Shown piece by piece: positions 57,429-64,000 of a stretch of DNA of 64,000 bases. The notes under the pieces are model-generated. The model had not been told where the DNA came from and searched no databases. It saw nothing but the letters and a program-made list of their open reading frames with translations. The stretch is from Trichinella spiralis (lineage: Eukaryota). Every line of letters starts with the position of its first letter. The first letter of the stretch is position 1. The stretch lies in assembly GCF_000181795.1 (NCBI RefSeq), contig NW_003526943.1, positions 2,844,707 to 2,908,706 on the forward strand. Direction: 5' to 3'. The translations under genes and the position numbers were made by a program.

Positions 57429-60400
57429 ATGACGATGAACACGGTGGAGGCTGCGGCCAGTCGTTGATGGCACGATCCAAAGCCAGATGCTCGATGCGAT
57501 GCTTCAACCGTACCAACTCTTGGATGTTTTGGTAATTTTCCATATTCGGAAGTATACCAAATGGTTCTTGATGCAAATTCGAAACTGAAGACGTGTGACT
57601 GGAACCCGTACTCAGACTCGACGTGCTGAGCGTCGACGCGGACAATGTTTGCATGTATTGTTCCAAATTGGCTAACGTGTAGCCGAGTTCTGAAATTTCT
57701 TGCTTCACTTGCAACCGTTTCTCCAGTAAAACAAACCTGAATCAAAATATCAAAAACGTTAATTTAAAAACAAATCTCAACTGCAACGAAAAACAATCCT
57801 ATCAATGTAAAAGGCGTAAAAGTATTTTCGTTAAACAGAAAATGTAAAAAATTTAATTATAAACAATGAGAAATCACTTTATTAATTATTAAACCTTCCA
57901 TCAGTACGAGAGAGTATGCATATATCTATAGAAGAAGAAAGAATATTATAAATAAAACGAATATATATGATGTTCGATTGATTTGATAATTTTTACGGCA
58001 ATGCAAAAATAAAATGCAATAAAATGTGCGCAAACAACATTCATTCTTTCACAAATGCATTGCACGTGCTGTAATACTATGTGCAGGGGAAATTGCAGCC
58101 AATTATAAAATCCAACACAACTGTTTTCTCAAACGAAGCAGTACATCTGAAATTATTCGAAAAATGTCTGCCCATTTCCAATTTATCATAATAAAATAAA
58201 AATCTATTTATAAAAAGTAAATTGCATTAATTACCGTTCGGCCATCTCTTCACGGGTAAGTTGGAATGCTTGCCTGAGGTCCTCTTCGAGCGCGTGCATC
58301 TTTTCTTCGAGCATCGCCTGCTGCTCCGGAGCCGGCTTCTTTTCTCCACTGCAAACCGCCCTCAATTCTCTCAACAGTTGCTCTTTTTCTTGGATCAGCG
58401 TCAACTGGTCGCGGTCCACTTCCACTTGAATCGGACTGATTTGAGCTTCGATCAACGTTAGCTGCTCTTGCAGCTGGTGAAGTTTGCGTTTGGTTTCGTC
58501 GTACTGCAGACGAGCTCGGGCAATGTCGGCCACTGGAACACCTTTGGAACACTGAGCTGCGGTTGTCGGTGCGTTGCGAGCTAACAGTAGCTGAAAATGA
58601 ACAAGCTTAAGCTTAATAGCTAGCTTATTAGGGAGAGGATAGAGTGGGGGGGGGGGGGAAGAAAAAAGAAAATGAACAGATCAATTTTTAATTTTTGGTG
58701 CACAACAAAAGAAAAACAATAAAACTTTCTCTTCTTATCTGTACCATTGTGGACAAGTCGGTCTGACAGCTGCTCGTAGCGGTTGGAGAATGGGACGTTA
58801 TATTTGGAAGGGAAACATTATGCTGCACCGAATTGAGCTGAGCCATTTGCAAATCCTCCTTCAGGCGCATCAAATCCTACAAAAATGAGAAGCTTCATTT
58901 TTCAACTTCAACTTTCACAAGTATTTTTCGCGGATGTTTTGTTGTTTTCTCTTCGAGTATGAGATTATTTTTGAAAAAAAAATTTTCAGAAATGAAATTT
59001 AAAAAAAAAGAAGAAGTTCAAACAAATTTTTTCCATACAAAATAAAATTACGTCATCGGTAAATAAATATTGATCGTCGATTGCAAAGTGGAACAACAGA
59101 AGATCATTGGGATGTTTAAATTTCAAAACGCTCACGCGTTGGTGCTCTTTAAAAGCATGCTGCACATTCCGAGCATTTTCCACATTATCAATTAACAAAT
59201 ACCACCACAGCACCTCGGCAAATTTAACTGAACACGAGTAAACAACGCACAGAAAGCACACAGAGAGAGAAAAAGTTGACTTTTCTTCCCCGATGCATAC
59301 ACAAGAATATGTGGAAAGTTGAAAAAAAAAGACAAAATTGTGCAGCATAAATAAATAAATAAATAAATTAGCATTTTTACGACTAGAAGCAATCGGTTTT
59401 TCCGTTTTTTTTGTTCAAATCGCAAGCGATTCATTCAATCAAACACACGGAATAAAAAGAAGGGGGAAATAAATTTCGAAAAAAAAACTGTTCAACAACG
59501 TAAAAAGAATTCAAGGGAATCAGAAGAATAACAGAATAATAGAAAAAAATAAAACAAACAAATTTGCAAACCTTCATCAAACGACATTTGCGTTCGTCCA
59601 CGGCGGACAACGCCTCCTGCAACCGACTCATCTCCTCTGCCAACGCGTACGCTTCACCAATTGTATAACCGGCGGGATTTCGGCGTGCTTTCACTTCAAG
59701 CCTTTCATATTGACAAAATATGAACAACAAACAAACAACATAAACTTAGCAAAAAAAAACCACATCTCTCACTCAGACAACGTATCGATGCCTTGTTGCT
59801 TGTATTTCAGTTCACACTGGACTTGCTTCTCTTCTCGTCGCAGACGAGCTAACCTCTGTCGAGCCATTTTGATTTCCGACCTGAGCAATTCTGGATCATG
59901 TCGACTGGCAACCGATGTACAACTGGAGCCTAATATTTGAAACAATCATACAATAAAATTACAATTACAATTACAATAAATATTCTCATGTAGAAATTTA
60001 CTGTTCGCAAGCTGATTCACAACAGCAGTTGATGTTCCAGTAGTAATAGTAGCAGTAGCAGTAGTAGTAGCAGCTTCACCGGAAGAACGCTTTTCCATTT
60101 TGGTCAAAACGCGACAAAGTTGATTGAATTCTTGTTCAGCTAGAACACGACGATCCTGTTTCACTTTGAGAATTTGTTCTTTAGCCTTTAATAGAAGAAG
60201 TAAAATAAATAAAAGAACAAAAATAAACAAACAAACAAACAAACAAACAAATGCATCCGTCACACCCGTAGTTGTTCTTGCGCAGACTGCAAATAATCTT
60301 TGATCATAGCGTCTTGTAAATCGCGCCATTGTAATCTCGGATCTTCAAGTTGATTGGTCGCTAGAATGATGAAGCGGAAAAAATAAAAGAGAGAAAGAAA

Positions 60401-61696
60401 AATTGTAAATCACACAGGAAATAAACAAAAAACAAACAAACAACATTCCACAAACCGCTGAGATGGTTGATAAAATAGACGCCCACACCCTTCTCGTACG
60501 CCTGTTCCCAGCCGAACGGCAGCTCATTGCCGACGCAGTCGGAAAACGACGACGGTTTGGTCAATCTGAAAAGTCACAATGTGAATCAATTAATTATAAT
60601 AAAATTTTTGAATAAATGAATCAAATGATAAGAATTTAGAGGGAAGAAAAGAGGGAGAAGAAAAAAATAAATATATTTTCCCAGCAGTGTTGTGATTAAT
60701 AGACATGAGCACCGGCCAAGTCGTCGTCGACATTCCGACCATTATCGACTGCATAGTTTTACGGCCGTGCGTAGCCTATTTTTCCGCTGATAAAGTCGCT
60801 GACCTTGAGCATTTTCGTCAACAGCACCGACAACACCATCGCAGCATTATTATTATTATTATTCACTTTTCTCCACTCAATTCGAATAGCACATTGAAAA
60901 ATGAAAACAAAAAAAAATCTCCCTACATCGCATACTTGGCATTTTATTTATTTATTTTTTTTGAATTCTTTTTACTTTTTAAATTTATTGCGTAAAGTTA
61001 CGTAATTTTTTCACTGTTCAACAAAAAAAAATCAACAACACACATCAATATGTATATATATATATATATTTAAATATGTGCAGTTGAAGAGTAAAATAAA
61101 AGTTAATGAATCGGCGGGATGTTTTTTCTTGTCCGCATGTGCTGTTGGTGTTGTTTTTATTTATCGAAACTTTGTTAAGCAATTCGAGCGTAAAAATTGT
61201 GCAAGACAAAGAAAGAGAGAGAGAGATAGAGAAGTGTTGTTGATCGTTGGAAAAGCGTCGTCGGTTGAAGAAAATAAACAAAACCAAACGATCATTAAGG
61301 TCAAATCACGGCTAGTTCTCAAAACATGCACACAAACACACACACACATACAAGCATCCATCGCACGCGTTCGCTTCAAGCTCGGCGTGAATTAATTTTA
61401 AAAAAAACACAAAAATACTACTGCACAGATACTAACCTGTCACGAGGGTCAATCCAAGTGGTCGTTTTCGACCGATGGTCTACGAAAAATGGTCGTCCGT
61501 CGCTGTCCACCTTGATTTCCCACCCTTCGGGCAAAGGCAGCTCTGAAGAAGAGGAGGAGGACATCGGCGCTACCGGCATTTCCGACTGACCGGTCGGTTT
61601 TGGAGCTTGTTGTTGCTGATGATGCTGGCCGACCATTGAAAGCCGATTCGATTCGGCCATTTCCAACTTCTGTCCTTGCACTGGCCGGCTGCCCAT
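54998..61696 (-). CDS. KIBRA: KIBRA/WWC-family Hippo pathway scaffold (2 WW domains, coiled coils, C2 domain), multi-exon
   Basis: WW1: [38 protein letters not shown]2: [45 protein letters not shown]. Also [31 protein letters not shown]2 ([21 protein letters not shown]), [21 protein letters not shown] and ELDVQAT. Stop at 54998-55000. The start Met is uncertain. Confidence 0.92.
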
Positions 61697-63725
61697 GCAC
61701 GCGACAGCACACCACCAATACAGCACAAGTTGAAAAGGTGACAATTTCAAGAAAAAAAGACGCACAACAACAACAACAACAACAAATAAACAAAATAATA
61801 ATAATAAAAGGACACTCTGCGCCCAAAAGGACGACCACAATTTTCACAATTTCAGCCAAAACGACACTTCACGTCCGCGTCAGTGTGCAAAAAGCCTCGT
61901 CTTGTTCCCTCATCGTCATCCGACAATCACTGCACTGGACAAACGCTGCACACAGCGCTACTATTTCGAGATCAGCCTACACACATTCCGATCATGCCGA
62001 CCAGAATTTGGCCCCAACTGGCCAGTACGACTAGATGCGTGAAAATGGCAGCGAGAATAAAACGATTACAGTAGAATAATGATTTTCAAGTAAAATTCTG
62101 CTCCGTCCAATTGGACGATGGCGCGGTGATAAACAATTTTTGCATAATTTCTATTGTCCCAATTCCACTTTTCATTCACTCGGCACAGTTTCCATTATTG
62201 TTTGCAATTACTTTAAACATTGCGCAATTTTTTTTCCGGTGATGTTCATTTTGAAATGAATGAAAATTTATTGATAAAACAAAAAAGCTGCTTTTTATTT
62301 TTAATTCATTTCAATCAAAATTGTTTCAATATTTAATTAATAAATTTTTTCAGTTCGTATGCACGTTGAATTGCAATCGGCTGATTACAACAAGTTAAAA
62401 ATCCAATATCTAACTACGGTTCTGCTAATAGTTTCTAACAGCTGACTAATCTTCTATATCGACATGATCGTGATCACAATAATAAATGAACAGATTGGGT
62501 AGAACTTAACTACTATGTGAAAAAAAGAGCAAAATTGCTCAATCTGAACATCCAAGCCCGTACTGAACTATACAGCCGTAACAATAAAAGTTATTACTAT
62601 TTCTCTAATTCAGATGTCACTTCTGTATATTGAGCGGCTTAATATAAATTCAGAAAAGCAGATAAAAACAGAATATTCTCATCGAGCTGAACTGCAGAAT
62701 TTAACATCGTCGACAACAATTCTGTAATAACACATTACTTTATTATAAAACAAGCTGATATATGAATATCTTCATTTTATTCATTTCTGCATTAATTTGC
62801 ACTGATAATTTTCTGTGTTAGTACAGATTATATTCCACTTTTTAATTAATAATGATATCTAAAATAGCTATTGCTGAAAGATTATACGGATTTCTTATTG
62901 CGAATGTTTTCAAATATATTACAAGAAAATTATTTTAATACAAATGCAAAGTAATTTTTAGCAAATGATGCTTAACATATTTAAATTACTGTTTGCAATT
63001 ATTGAATTTTCCAGTAATAAAAATACAGTCGCAGAAAAATAAATCTTTTTTTAAATAGCAACTACTTTTGTTAAGATTTTTTTATTTGTCACACGTCTGT
63101 GTTAATGCATAATAAAGTTCTACATTGCCCTTATTGGCAATCAATAAAGCTATATACTCATCTCTAAAATATGCATTAAAGAAATACATTTAAACTTTTA
63201 CTCCAATTTTAGTTAACTGCTTCATTTATTTAAATTATCTGAATATTTATCTGTACAACACTTTAGGAGAACAATGCCTATTGTTATCATTAAATAGGCT
63301 ATTGATTTTTAAAACATTTGATCAAAAATAATAAAATAATACTTATCACAATTATGAGTAGCAATGTAAAGTTAATTATAAATGTTTACATTCCAATAAT
63401 ATATTTATATGCACTTAATACATACCGCAGTATAAATACCATATTATACTGATAAATAATGCATATTGCCTTATGCAAAGTAAAAAGTCTGCATGCAATG
63501 ATATTATTCATATACGGTGAAACAGACTGTGCATGATTGCCACAAATTGTTTCAGCTGCATGAAGCATATTTTTCAATATCACACTCGTATAATAAAATA
63601 TTTTATTAATTATAACTTTGAACAAATATTTGTATTTCAATAATGAAAAGTTTTAAACAAATTAAAATATAATAATACAATATCAATTATTACAGTAAAA
63701 TGAAAAAAGTGACAAAAATCGAGCA

Positions 63726-64000
63726 TCACGCGTTGTACTCAAGTGCAACGTGCTTGCGTCGAATGATGACGTTAAGCCGGAACCAACTTGGATTGAAATT
63801 TTTATCCGAGCCTTCTGGTGGGAAACAATACTCGATGGTCAGTGTGTTGGGTTGAGTATTTTCTACTGTCGGTTTAAATTCTTCCAGATGAACACGAATC
63901 CACATATTTTCACCAGGATCTAAAACTCCATGAGATGGCTCGCACATTGTACGCATTTCATTGGACAATTTGATCATGAAAGCAATTTTTTCTTTTCCAT
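63726..64000 (-). CDS. MSP (major sperm protein)-domain protein, 3' part; truncated by the window edge
   Basis: KKIAFMIKLSNEMRTMCEPSHGVLDPGENMWIRV..NTLTIEY..PPEG..F...WF...IIRRKHVALEYNA* resembles MSP motifs (P..GVLDP, D.ITIEW..TP.G, F..EWF..DG.VRRKNLPIEYN). Confidence 0.85.
   Translation of the reverse strand, partial: GKEKIAFMIKLSNEMRTMCEPSHGVLDPGENMWIRVHLEEFKPTVENTQPNTLTIEYCFPPEGSDKNFNPSWFRLNVIIRRKHVALEYNA

Noticed and set aside
55502..57745. Antisense and alternative-frame ORFs over KIBRA (poly-Cys, poly-Ala, poly-Leu); likewise over ATXN2 and CLOCK
   Set aside because: They are shadows of CAG/CAA-rich coding exons.

Overview
AT-rich, intron-rich eukaryotic DNA with short (about 50-100 nt) GT-AG introns, an MSP-domain gene, and MULE, BEL/Pao and Buster-hAT relics. 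It is most consistent with a nematode draft scaffold, probably clade I and Trichinella-like (inference). It has assembly gaps at 8125-8671, 11525-11534 and 52167-52176, and low-quality sequence at about 670-1270 and beside the gaps. Hand-spliced genes: a 137-aa secreted Cys-rich orphan (+), Tim8 (-), an 11-exon 511-aa CLOCK-like bHLH-PAS gene (-), PRPS (+), a POGLUT2/3 (KDELC)-like gene (+), Ataxin-2 (-), a TBC1D10-like RabGAP (+), an intronless divergent Rpn9/PSMD13 (-), RPSA (+), ARV1 (+), a partial AMPA-type glutamate receptor (+), KIBRA/WWC (-) and a partial MSP-domain gene (-). Mobile and repeat DNA: a complete but frameshifted Buster-type hAT with TIRs and an 8-bp TSD, MITEs, MULE and BEL/Pao remnants, and two arrays of a ~526-bp satellite. 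Highlights: (1) an apparently bona fide CLOCK-class gene, with an exon-19-like coiled coil, in a nematode-like genome, in an operon-like arrangement with Tim8; (2) the satellite runs directly out of a degenerate BEL/Pao gag, suggesting it arose from a retrotransposon, and has an A/B dimeric higher-order structure; (3) the orphan secreted Cys-rich protein. All family calls come from motif recognition by eye; no database searches were run.
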